64,000 bases of DNA from Chiloscyllium plagiosum (Eukaryota), in contig NC_057715.1 in NCBI RefSeq assembly GCF_004010195.1, positions 18,775,950 to 18,839,949 on the forward strand, written 5' to 3'. Numbering within the stretch: the stretch's first letter is position 1; the number at the start of each line of letters is the position of its first letter. Shown one piece after another: positions 12,953-24,760 of this stretch. The notes below the pieces were generated by a model that worked only from the letters and a program-made list of their open reading frames with translations, did not search any database and was not told the origin of the DNA. The translations under genes were made by a program, and so were the position numbers.

Positions 12953-13384
12953 AATTCATGGACTCTATGTATGTGTCAGTATACATAGATGTAGATCAAA
13001 ATTATGACATTTTATTCCTACTGCTGAAAGCTGTTTCTTTCATTGTTTTTTTTTTCTGTCTCACTGCCCACCCACCTGACACTGTGCCAGGTTTTGTTGC
13101 TTGTGTGTTTCTGTGCAGGTTCTGTGATTGTCTTGTTTGCCCAGTAATTCCACAGCTCCAGATTACAACAATGACTACATCAAAAAGTATTTTCTTTTCC
13201 TTAAAAGTTCTTTCTGTATACCTTGAGGTTGTGAGGGAAACTATATAATTGTATGACTTTTCCTTATAGAGGATCCCAAATACAATATTTTGTTGCATGT
13301 AAACTTACTATGATGACAAATAACTCATTACATAATCCACAAACAAATTCATGAAAAGCTCATTCATCTTTTTCCAAACTCGGT

Positions 13385-13740
13385 CCCAGGATGTGTGACA
13401 ATGTCAGGATTTATTCTCATCCCCTGGCGCTCTGAGAAGGCGTTAGATGTGTCTGCTTCTTAAATCACTGTTGTTTGTCTGGTGAAAATTCTTCCATAAT
13501 GGTTTTGTTTGAAACAAATTGTTACAAATCAGTGGGTTGCCACTTCAAAGGGCAGTCAAAGAGTCAAACTTGTTGATGTAGGACTGGAGTCATGTAGGGA
13601 GGAGCAAAGTGGATTGGAGGGCAGTGTTATTTCTCTGAAGGTCCAGTTGGGTTTTCACAACAATGCAAAAGATGTTTTTAAATATATGTTTTTGTGAGAT
13701 TTGGACTCACATTCCTTTGATTATTAGTCCAGGCCTCTGG
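13385..13740 (-). mobile_element. Degraded short head-plus-tail derivative of the tRNA-headed LINE
   Basis: A LINE 3' tail at the left is joined to 5'-UTR motifs (GGCAGTCAAAGAGTCAA...CTGGAGTCATGTAGG...GATTATTAGTCCAG). Confidence 0.6.
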
Positions 13741-14660
13741 CCTGTTGAAACAGAAATGTTCCAATCATTTCCATAGCAACATATATTTTCTAGATCTGAG
13801 TACATTAATTCTCCAGTAACTAATATTGTTGCTTCTACTACCTGGGTAGATGTTTGAAAATAGATATAAGTTTTTGACTGGATACATATTTACCCCATAT
13901 CTGTTCTTAATTTACTTTTAATCCATTTAAAGTTATATCCTTTGGTTTTATTTTGATCCACTTTTGAAATACTAATCCAGTTTTCTTCTTCAGGTAGCTC
14001 CCTTGATTATTTGAGATTTGCGGAATTACAGCTAATGCCTGATGTTTAGGTCACAAAATGATATCCCTTTTTAAGGACTCTTTTAAGGCTACTTTTTGAT
14101 GTACAATGGCTAATTTTTGGTCTTCAAGGGCTCCTTCTTCATACGTGCCTCATTCATTTATTAAGCTAATATTCATTTACTTGCAAAACCTATTATATTT
14201 ATGTTGAAATACATGGAATTCAGACTACCACAGTAGCAGAATTAGAAAAATTCATCAATATCCCCAATAATTATCAACCGTGCATTAGAGCTAAAAATGA
14301 AAGCACACAGGAAAAAGAAAATACCAAGACAACTCAGTATTTAGATTGGCATGAGATAAAGCATAAATCAGCAAAGGTTCTGTTCAAAATAATAGATAGA
14401 CACTTCTGTGCACAGAAAAAAAAGCAAACCTGTGCCCTAAGCATACATTCCACAGACTGGTGAAGCCAAAAACTGATGTGTTTCCATCACCAATGCTAAC
14501 ATGAGAAGGGAATGATTTAAAAGAGATTTGAGGGGCAACTTTTTCACCCAGAAGGTGGTTCCTGTATGGAATGAGCTGCCGAAGGAATTGGTAGAGGCGG
14601 GTTCAATTACAACATTTGAAAGACATTTGGACAAGTACTTGGATATGAAAGGTTTAGAAA

Positions 14661-15108
14661 GCCTGGAGGAAGAAAGTCTCATCTTCTGCATCAGGACCCC
14701 CCAACTCCAGGGCATCAATGTGGATTTCACCAGTTTCCTCATTTCCCCTCCCTCCACCTTATTCCAGATCCAACCTTCCAAATCGCATCTCATGACCTGT
14801 CCTACCTGTCCATCTTCCTTCCCATGTATCCGCTCCACCCTCCTCTCTGACTTATCACCTTTACCCCTACCTCCGTCTACCTATCGCACTCTCAGCTACC
14901 TCCCCCTACCCCCCACACATCAACCCCACACACCTCCCCCTTCCCATTTATCTCACCACCCCCTCAGCTTACAAGCCTCATTCCTGATGAAGGGCTTTTG
15001 CCCGAAACATCGATTCTCCTGCTCCTCGGATGCTGCCTGACCTGCTGTGCTTTTCCAGCACCACACCCTTGACTCTAATCTCCAGCATCTGTGGTCCTCA
15101 CTTTTGCT
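14661..15108 (+). mobile_element. PLE family A: GIY-YIG C-terminus and complete pLTR
   Basis: LEEESLIFCIRTPQLQGINVDFTSF, then a pyrimidine-rich UTR, hammerhead and tail. Confidence 0.9.
14980..15015 (+). ncRNA. Minimal type-I hammerhead motif, family A
   Basis: AUUC CUGAUGA A GGGC-UUUU-GCCC GAAAC AUC/GAUU. Confidence 0.75.
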
Positions 15109-15569
15109 TCGAGGAATATGGACCAATCACAGGTAATGGGACTAGTTCAGCTTCGGAAAACTGATTGGCATGTCCGAATCAGGCTGAAATGTGTATTTCT
15201 ATACTGTATGACTCTATGACTCTATTTTGAGCAGTTACTATTCACAAAAGACCTCTACTGTAGCTCACTTACTTTCATTCCTTCCCTTCTTACCAATCCT
15301 GCTTGCACCTTCTCCAATCACAGGCTCTTTTTCTTTCACACTTCTGATTCACTAAGAGCCTATCAGCAGCAACGAGAGAGTACCAGCCTGTGGTTGGACT
15401 ACCTCACCATTCCTATCCATTCCACTTACAGGGATGACTTTTGTCATGGTTTCTCTCATGATTCAATTTTCCTTGGTATTTTGGAGATCTTGGTGGTAAT
15501 TGACTCACCACGTCCATGTAGTTTCATCTCTAGTAAAATTACTACGGGTCAGGGTAAGGAAGGAGACCC

Positions 15570-16216
15570 TGTTATGGACCAGACCTGACCCCCACAAAAC
15601 ATTTTAAGAAGGTAGCCCTTGTGTTGTTTTGAGCAGGTGTAGAGTGGATATTTCAGGAGTGATGCAGCTGGCCCAACCACTTAGTTTTAAACAAAACAAA
15701 ATTTATTTGCAAGATTACCGAAAGAAACATAAACACAAGAGAACAGAATATAGAATAACTTAACTATTTAAAAACCCAACTTAATGATGCTGTTCCAAAT
15801 TCCTGCAACAATTCCCACAAATGCCTCTTGGCAAGAAAAGGTAAAATCAAAAACAGGGTCTTACAGGAGAGAGAGAGAGATGGCAGAGAGATTCAGCATG
15901 GAATTCCTTCTTCCATAACGCTGTTTCTTGGAGCGGCAGCCTCAAACAAACCGACTGCTTTCAGTGAACAGCCAGATGGCTAAAACCAAACCAAGCCAGC
16001 ATAAAGCTGAGCTGGGAGAAATGGTCAATCCTTTTTTTATTGAACAAGTGTATTTTTTAAACTTTAAAGCCTTTTTTCTGAGGCAGTATCCATTAGCTAT
16101 AATCCAATTGGTCCCAAATCCCATCTAAACCAGACATCCCGGAACCTCTTTGTTTATGACTCCTCTGAAAAAATCCAAGGACAACATATCCTTGTAAAAG
16201 GAACAGCATCATCACA
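15570..16216 (-). mobile_element. Solo LTR, 647 bp, probably Gypsy-type
   Basis: TGTTATG...CATCACA termini and 4-bp flanks ACCC/GCCC. Orientation is inferred from a minus-strand AATAAA near 15702. Confidence 0.7.
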
Positions 16217-16269
16217 GCCCCAATTCTATCTCAGCTGGAACAGCGATTGACCTCAGAGCTATATGCATT

Positions 16270-17430
16270 CTTCATAAGACCATAAGGTATAGGTGCAAAA
16301 TGTAGACCATTCAACCCATTAAGTCTGCTCCACTATTCAATCAATATTCATTCATTATTTCGCCATTTCTGACCCCCATTTTCCTGCCTTCTCCTTGTAA
16401 CCCTTGATCCCTTTACCAATCAACAACCTATCTATCTCTGACTTAAATGCACTCAATAATTGAGCTTTCGTGGCCCTCTGTGACAATCATTCACCACCCT
16501 CTGGCTGAAGAAAATCCTCCTCTTCTCAGTTCTAAAGGATTGTCCCTTCACTCCGAGGCTGTGCCCTTGGATTCTTGTCTCTCCAACTAGGGGAAACAAC
16601 TTCTCCAAGTCCATTCCATTCAAGCCTCTCAGTATTCTGTAAGTTTCAATGAGATCCCCCTCATCCTTCTAAACTCAATTGAGTAGACCCAACCACATAC
16701 ATTCACTGTCTAGCCAATTGAACTAACTGGTCGCACTAGCATGCTCTAAGTTGAGTATATTCAAGTCAGAGATTGATAGATCTTTACATAGTAAGGATAA
16801 CAAGAAATATGTGGTTCATATTGGGAAAGTATTATTGAGGTTGAAGGTCCGCCACGGTCTAGTTGTAAGGTGGAACAGGATCAAAGGGCTGAATAGATGT
16901 TTTGTGTTCTGAGGTCACATGTTCCTCCTTCAAATCCATAATGTAAAAGGCACAGTCACCAAAATTCCAGAGGAGCATTGATCGCTCAATACAGGTATGC
17001 AGTATAAAAACAGCCTAATCGGTTCAACTAGTTGTTGTGGTATTTATGCGTCTACCACTCAACAATATCTCACCCTATCAACATAACCTTCTATCTCTTT
17101 CTCCCTTATGTGGTTATTTGCTGCCCCTTAAACATATCTATACTTTTGCCTCAACCACTTCCTATGGTCAAGTGTTCTACAGGCTAACTTAGATAAAGAT
17201 GTTTCACCAGAATTCCCCGCTGGATTTATTAGTGGCCATCTTATATTTGTGACACTCAGTTTTGGTCTCTCTCACAAGTGGGAAAATCTTCTCTCTATCT
17301 ATCCTGTCAAATCCTGCATAGTTTTAAACACCTCCACCAGATGTCCTTTCAGTCTTCACTGTTCTAATGATTTCAGCCTCAGCACATTCAGCCTTTCCTG
17401 ATAAGTATAATCTCTCAGGTCTGCAAACTT
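16270..17430. mobile_element. Cluster of CR1 3' fragments (16270-16690 minus, 16750-16910 plus, 16990-17430 minus)
   Basis: CR1 tail ACCATAAG and reverse-complement RIFFSQRVV-type motifs. Confidence 0.75.
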
Positions 17431-17679
17431 CCCTTTTTCTCGAATGCAAAACCTAGGCTTATCTTTCTTTTCTTAATGTCTTAAATTATTGAAATGTCAG
17501 TGATGGGTGCAATTACTGTAGTATCCAAGAATCCAGAAAAATCATTCTGTACTGTAACCTTATTGAGAGCTCTAACAATATATCTCAGTCCTTTCCATTA
17601 ATACCGATAAATAAGTTGTATTGGATGTTTCAAGTTCAGAGCAATCTGTAAAATGATTCCTGATAAGAGAAGCTCTGAT

Positions 17680-17990
17680 ATAAAAATGGAAAAGGCTGGA
17701 AAGCACACAACAGTTTGGTGAAGGGAGAGGAAGTGTTAATATTCAGTGTGATGACCTTTCATCAGTGCTGGAGGAAGTTAAAGATATAACAATCTTTAAG
17801 CAAACGTTGAGCCAGGGAGAATTGACATTCTTGGAGGAAAGGGCAGGTTTGTGATAAGGTGAAAGACAAGAATAATGAATGGACATTGACCTGAAATGCC
17901 AGCTCTATTTCTGTCTCTATGGATGCTGAGCGTTTCAAGCATTTTTATTTTTATTTCATATTTACAGCGTTCATCATAATTTATCTTTGA
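17680..17990. mobile_element. Two old family E-like pLTR remnants in inverted orientation
   Basis: Minus-strand CTGATGAAAGGTCATCAC near 17748-17765, and plus-strand GACCTGAAATG...GGATGCTGAGCGTTTCAAGCATTT from 17888. Confidence 0.5.
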
Positions 17991-18367
17991 TTAAGCATCT
18001 AAAGGAATGATGACTCAAAACAAAAAGGGACTGGTGAGAGAAACAAAATGTGGTGTTTACTGGACTTGCTTTGATTCCCCCATACTATGAGCACAAAAGC
18101 ACTGGATATGTTTGTAGATGTTTATGGATGAAACTTCCTCAGGATTCCAATTGATTCTTTCAGTTACTCCATGAAATTTCCTGCGTTTCAGTAAATTAAC
18201 ATTGCAAATGATTCATTTCTTTTTGAAGTATTAATTCCAACTACCTATTACATGGCCTTTATTAAGCTGCCATTCCTTGTTTAAAATGCATCATTGTGAA
18301 CTCTCACACAAGAATAACTAACTGATATTTAAAGTCTGTAACCAAGAATACTGCCACAATTTGACCT

Positions 18368-18491
18368 CAGGTTATAGTCCAACAGCAGTCCGAAAGCTTG
18401 TGATTTCAAATAAACCTGTTGGACTATAACCTGGTGTCATGTGACTTCTGACCTTGTCCACCCCAGTCCAACATTGGCTTGTCCACAGCGT
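18368..18491 (+). mobile_element. Short PLE family C insertion with an 18-bp 5' inversion
   Basis: TSD AATTTGACCT at 18358-18367 and 18492-18501. 18368-18385 is the exact reverse complement of 18416-18433. Confidence 0.85.
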
Positions 18492-19039
18492 AATTTGACC
18501 TGAACTAACAATTTTTAATTTTCATTGAAATATTACTTCTGTCCCTCTCTCTTCCTTACTCTCCCAAACCTACAGATGTTGTCTGACCTGCTGAGTGTTT
18601 TGCAAAGATTTAGTTTTGCTTTGATAACAGGATCTAATGATGGACAATTAAGTAGGGACTGGAACAACCATGGTAAGACATGATTTGATTAATAGTATGG
18701 AGCATTTAGCTGCAATATACCTTCCTCTTTGTTCGTACTATGAGTCTTATCTAATAAATTAGTTGGTCACAACATACATATTATGTAATTTATAAACCAC
18801 CTTTCAAATGTTATGCTTGGTTTGTCTGTTAAAATTTACAATACCAAGAAGATATATGACTGCAGCAACTTAATTCACATCACTTGTCTATATTTTGCAG
18901 CAGTACATATGACAATAAGTGCAATGTGACTATTGAGGGAAGGAAGGCTGTCTTTACATTGCCTGTAAGATTTGTAGCTATCTCCAAAGTTGTTTGGTTA
19001 CACTACTGTAGACAGGAGGAAGTAATACATTTACAAAAG

Positions 19040-19470
19040 AAAGCATGTACTCATTTGGTGTCACCCATGATTTCAGGATACTCCAGACTGCTTTACAGCT
19101 AATAAAGTACTTTGTTTTTGAAATATAGTTACATTGAGATATATGAAAACTGGCAGCGTACTTATGCACAGCAAACTCCACCATCAGCAGATCATCACAT
19201 TATTACTGTTAGTTCAGGGTTACATATTGTTCCCTGAAGCATTGCTGAGAACTCTTTTTTGGAAAAGCGGTCATGGGATATTGGACATCCTCCTGAGAGG
19301 ATAAATGGGGACTCAGTTTAACATTGTATTCAAAAGACGACAAATCTGACAATGCAGCGCACTTTTCAATGGAAGAAATGGCCTGAAATTTATGCTTAAG
19401 TCTCTAGGGAGGGAGTTGAACTTGCTAGATCTTTTGTGTGGAGGTGCTCATACTGTTGGTTTTGAAGATG
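19040..19470 (-). mobile_element. Deu-domain SINE
   Basis: GGACTCAGTTTAACATTGTATTCAAAAGACGACAAATCTGACAATGCAGCGC is the reverse of the core at 8260-8310. Confidence 0.7.
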
Positions 19471-19949
19471 AACTACTGACACAACCACTACTGACACTGA
19501 GGAGATGTCTTCACAACATTTAGGAATTAAAACTTTAGGTGATGAACTCCTGTTGTCAGCCGAACCACCTCCCCCTCTAGAAGAAAATTACTTTGATTTA
19601 TATAGAACATACAGCACAAGAACAGACCATTTGACTAATCTAGCCTGTGCTGGTACTTATATTCCACACAAATCTCCTTGCATTCAATCTACCTCAGCTC
19701 AACCTTTGAGCATATCTTTCTGTTGTCTTTTCTTTCATGTGTTCACCTATTACTGGTTGGTGGAGGCTTTGAACTAGCTTGTCCTTCATAACCAGGTGAA
19801 AAACGTTAAAGCACTTGATAAAGAGCTCAAATTCCAAAAGAGAGTGCTTTCTGCAGTGTAAGCTGGTAATAACTTCATTCATTCATTTTGGAATTAAATG
19901 AAGTTCATTTCTTCAAAACAATCAAAAATAACATTTGGAATGGTGGATT

Positions 19950-20340
19950 TCATTTGTGTGAAGAGATTGAGAAGTTGGCATTGTTCCCCTTAGAGTAGAA
20001 AAGGTTTGATAGAGGTGCTCAAACATCACAAGAGGCTTTAATAGGATTGAGGGGAAATTGCTTCCATTTATTGGAAGATTTGAGAATCAAACTTAAGTTA
20101 TGTGGCAAACAAGCCAGAGATGAAATGGGAGAAAAACTGGATTAAGCTGCTTGAAAGGGTGGTGGATGCAGATTCAATAATAATTTTCAAAGGGGAATTA
20201 GATAAATATTGAAATTAAAAATTGCTGGGCTATGGAGGATGAGAAAGGAAGAGGTGTTCATTGGATAACTTTTCCAAAGAGACAAGACATGCTCTTCTCG
20301 TCTGGTATTTTCTGTGAGTTTTTGAAAAATCCATGTTGGG
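19950..20340 (+). mobile_element. Degraded CR1 3' fragment
   Basis: CEERLRSWHCSP/LE-type region and FQGELDKYL motif. Confidence 0.65.
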
Positions 20341-21859
20341 TATTTGACAAAATATATAGAACTGATTCAGTTGCCTTGCTATGTCTAAGGATCTGGTTTT
20401 GATAGCCACGACTGTGTTTTGTGACAACATGCTGTGGAACTGGTTCCAAATATTCTTGGGCCATAACAATGAGTATTGTGCAGCTGGTTTCACTATTGTA
20501 TAGAGCCAGTGTTTGTGAATTGATTTGGCGTGTGAACTAAGCTATTGATTCCAGGTGCCTTGTTCTGTACATCATTAAATTGTTAATGGGATATTTTCCA
20601 CAAATTTCACACATGTGGGGCTGACAGTGATGGAAACAATTAACATGAAGTATCCCTCCCAAGACTGTAATGATGAGGCTTGATTATAGTAATTTTGATG
20701 CATGGGAGTGTGTTCTATTAGGATGTTCGAGGAATTGATTGACTGTGTCCTGATGAATGAATGACTGGTCTGCAAAGAAATGTTATTTTTGGATCAGTTT
20801 CTTTTTTCAATAAACCAGATAAAAATAGCTATTTTGGAAATTGTGTTTCCTTTTATAATTGTTCACTTGACTATTAATTTTTAAATTCAATCTCAAAGAA
20901 GTTACAAAAATCTTATTTTTAGACTGATATCATTAGGCTTGTGAAATCTCCTGCAGTAGTTAAGTGAGCTACTTTACGTATGCCTCATCTTAAATTAGCT
21001 AGGTGAAATTTGAATTCCAAGCAAGTGAATGGTATATTCAACTTTTGTGTTCTGTCCAGGTTTCCTATTGATCTGCTGAATGTGGTTATTGTAACATTGT
21101 GAAAAATGAATGATAATCCTGCAAAGGAAGTGTTATTAATAATAACTACATTCGGAAATTACCATAAACAAACGCGAAAAGCATAGCACCATGAAACACT
21201 TTTGTCTTGCCAAATTAATAGGCATCTAAAGTGCAGTAGCAGTCTGGAATCTCAATTGCTTGAGCTTTAGCTCGACTTGTTCTCAAAACAAGTCTTTTCA
21301 CAGGTTTACAGTTAAAAGACATTTTAAAATATAAACCTTCACTATTTTGTTTCAGATTTCTCATTACTGTTTTACACAGTTTATCAAATACCGAGTAGTT
21401 TTCTTCTGACTTTCACTATCTAGCTGAGTTTCTTCCCGAAAGCTTAAGATCATTACAGCTCAATCAAGATATCCTTAGCAAGCTGTCACCACATTCTGCC
21501 AATGGCTGTTCAAGTTCCATAAAGCTGCTGAGCTTTTCTTGAGATGTTGACTGAGATTGGACTGAATGTCACATCAGACATTACACATGCACACAGCCTG
21601 TAGTACTGAATATTGGAGCCCTGTGTCAAAACGACACCACACATGAACAGTTAGTGAACCAAAGAAATCCAGTTAATATGTACTCACAAAAAGATGAACA
21701 ATTTTCATCTTGTCTGTTGAAGCAAAACAATAAACTAAAAACTGATGTTGAAAAGGATTGTAATTGTAAACAACTGCACTTGTTCAGAAAATAACTTAAC
21801 AGACTGTTTCACATCAACAAATCTGATTTATTTTTACTGTATTGTGTACTTCTGTAACT

Positions 21860-22520
21860 AACAGTGTGCCACAGGGATCAGTGCTGGGGCCATAATAACT
21901 TCCAATAAGTATGAATGTACAATAGTCAAATTTTAGGATGACACAAAAATCAATGGGAAGGCAAGAAATGAGGCTGAAACAAAGAATCTCCAGAGGTATA
22001 GAGATAGCTCATAAGACATTGGAGTAGAAGTAGGCCATTCAGCCCATTGAGTCTGCTTCACCATTCAATGAGATCATGGCTAATCTGATAATCCTCAACT
22101 CTATTTCCCCCAAAACTCCTTGATTCCCTTACTGATTAAAAATCTGTTTATATTTCATTGAGTAGTTCTTCCCCTCCAAAAGTTTGAAGATATCTTTTAG
22201 GAATCTCCAGTATGAAGGGAATGCTGTGCTATTGAACGTGTTGTTTTTCACATAAGGCACTTAAATCAAGTTCCCTCTTCTGCTCGCTCAGGAAGGGTCA
22301 GAGTATGCTATGGAATGCTTTGATGAAGAACAGGAGTAGTCTGGCTAATGTTGATTCCTGTACTAATATCACTATCGGAGCTTATCACGTTATTGTCACA
22401 CTTCTGAAGTGGGATAATACTGCTATCATTTAGCCCCTCTCCCTATATTGCGACATGGGCAACAATTCAGAATGAGCTGTAAAATACTCTACAACCATAA
22501 GTGCAAACATTTTTTCGTAA
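21860..22520. mobile_element. CR1 RT fragment (plus), CR1 tail (minus, 22010-22150) and Deu-SINE (plus, about 22150-22520)
   Basis: VPQGSVLGP at 21865 followed by DDTK, a CATAAGAC tail, and a GAAGAACAGGAGTAGTCTGGCTAAT Deu-like core. Confidence 0.65.
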
Positions 22521-22713
22521 CCAGCGCATTCCACATTGCTGACTTTTAAAGACACATTGATCAAATTCCCTCTTTATCAAAGGATCTAAGGGCAGAGTAT
22601 GGTTATGGTAGATGGATGAGGTAAAAACAATGACTGCAGATGCCGGAAACCAGATTCTGGATTAGTGGTGCTGGAAGAGCACAGCAGTTTAGGCAGCATC
22701 CAAGGAGCAGCGA

Positions 22714-22749
22714 AATTGACATTTCGGGCATAAGCCCTTCATCAGGAAT
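22714..22749 (-). ncRNA. Hammerhead motif, family A
   Basis: AUUC CUGAUGA A GGGC-UUAU-GCCC GAAAU GUC/AAUU. Confidence 0.7.
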
Positions 22750-22808
22750 AAAGGCAGTGAGCCTGAAGCGTGGAGAGATAAGCTAGAGGAGGGTGGGGGA
22801 GGGGAGAA

Positions 22809-23573
22809 NNNNNNNNNNNNNNNNNNNNNNNNNNNNNNNNNNNNNNNNNNNNNNNNNNNNNNNNNNNNNNNNNNNNNNNNNNNNNNNNNNNNNNNNNNNN
22901 NNNNNNNNNNNNNNNNNNNNNNNNNNNNNNNNNNNNNNNNNNNNNNNNNNNNNNNNNNNNNNNNNNNNNNNNNNNNNNNNNNNNNNNNNNNNNNNNNNNN
23001 NNNNNNNNNNNNNNNNNNNNNNNNNNNNNNNNNNNNNNNNNNNNNNNNNNNNNNNNNNNNNNNNNNNNNNNNNNNNNNNNNNNNNNNNNNNNNNNNNNNN
23101 NNNNNNNNNNNNNNNNNNNNNNNNNNNNNNNNNNNNNNNNNNNNNNNNNNNNNNNNNNNNNNNNNNNNNNNNNNNNNNNNNNNNNNNNNNNNNNNNNNNN
23201 NNNNNNNNNNNNNNNNNNNNNNNNNNNNNNNNNNNNNNNNNNNNNNNNNNNNNNNNNNNNNNNNNNNNNNNNNNNNNNNNNNNNNNNNNNNNNNNNNNNN
23301 NNNNNNNNNNNNNNNNNNNNNNNNNNNNNNNNNNNNNNNNNNNNNNNNNNNNNNNNNNNNNNNNNNNNNNNNNNNNNNNNNNNNNNNNNNNNNNNNNNNN
23401 NNNNNNNNNNNNNNNNNNNNNNNNNNNNNNNNNNNNNNNNNNNNNNNNNNNNNNNNNNNNNNNNNNNNNNNNNNNNNNNNNNNNNNNNNNNNNNNNNNNN
23501 NNNNNNNNNNNNNNNNNNNNNNNNNNNNNNNNNNNNNNNNNNNNNNNNNNNNNNNNNNNNNNNNNNNNNNNNN
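22809..23573. other. Assembly gap (N run)
   Basis: Seen directly. Confidence 1.
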
Positions 23574-23735
23574 GTCCTACCTGCCTAACTCCTTTTCCAC
23601 CTATCCACTCCACCCTCTCCTCCCTGACCTATCACCTTCACCCCTCCCCCACTCACCCATTGTACTCTATGCTACTTTCTCCCCACCCCCACCCTCCTCT
23701 AGCTTATCTCTCCACACTCCCGGCTCACTGCCTTT

Positions 23736-23771
23736 ATTCCTGATGAAGGGCTTTTGCCCGAAATGTCGATT
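23736..23771 (+). ncRNA. Hammerhead motif, family A
   Basis: AUUC CUGAUGA A GGGC-UUUU-GCCC GAAAU GUC/GAUU. Confidence 0.75.
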
Positions 23772-24639
23772 TCGCTGCTCCTTGGATGCTGCCTGAACTG
23801 CTGTGCTCTTCTAGCACCAATAATCCAGAATATGGTAGATGGATGTTCATTCATATTTTTTTAATGCAATATTTTCTATTCTCTGGCATTCCAACTATCC
23901 CTTTGATATTCATTTTGCCATCCTGGTCAGACATCCTAAGTCATACAGTTACAATGGACAGATAATTTAAACAAGAACCAAACATGAAACTGATTGGAAT
24001 GCCTGATCCTTGGAAAATCATTATTTAATTTCATGCCAGAATCTCATGTGGTATGGGAATTCCACATTGCTACATGATCATACCTTCCCCACATTGTGCA
24101 ACACGAAGATGCATTTTGGGTGATATATTGAAAACATTTTACTCAATGTCTACTAATATCACTTGGCCGCATAGAATTACATAGAAAAGGCAGAGAGAAG
24201 GTTCATGTGGCTCAACAAGTCCATGCTAAATTTTTGTATTCAAACCTCTTTGTGTCCTTCCTCAGCTAATCCTCTATTATCTTCTCTGTCACGCATTTGC
24301 AATTTGTTTTAAACTCATTTTGTGGTAGCTAATTCCGCATTTTCACTAGTCTCTGTTGAAGTAAGTTTTTCTTGTATTTCAAGTTTAAATCTGAAGACAC
24401 TCATCAAATGAATCTAGGAATTAAACAGTAAAATTTAAATCAGAATCCAAGCTGTATGAGAATTTGAAATTTTGTTGGGAGTAAGTTCTCAGATAGTTTT
24501 GTAGACAAAAAGAGGAGTGAAATTGTTTTACCAGTCTTTGCTATACCTGCACCTGTAAGGTTGTTTACTGACGATTAGATGTCTGGAAGCCAAAGGGTGT
24601 ATGGTCCTCAAGAACCCTTTGTTGCTGTAAGATTAAAAA

Positions 24640-24760
24640 ATGCTCTTGTGGTGCAGTAGTAGTGTCCCTATCTCTGAGGCGGAGGCCCACCTTCAAGTCT
24701 GACCTGCTACATAGGTGTTTGATAACATCTCTGAACAGATTGATTAGAAAATATCTACAA
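24640..24760 (+). mobile_element. Short tRNA-like repeat head
   Basis: A-box-like TGGTGCAGTAGT and a decayed B-box TTCAAGTC. Confidence 0.5.

Larger units (their letters stand above)
14500..15225 (+). mobile_element. CR1 3' end split by a PLE insertion
   Basis: RGNFFTQKVVPVWNELP...HLDKYLD. The 3' UTR resumes near 15110 and ends in ATGACTCT repeats. Confidence 0.85.
22619..23830. mobile_element. Young family A-related PLE with inverted pLTRs spanning the assembly gap
   Basis: 22655-22808 is the near-identical reverse complement of 23677-23830. Perfect 15-bp TSD TATGGTAGATGGATG at 22604-22618 and 23831-23845. Confidence 0.9.

Noticed and set aside
22783-23743. The two longest ORFs in the track (276 and 316 aa)
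   Set aside because: They are artefacts of translating the N gap.
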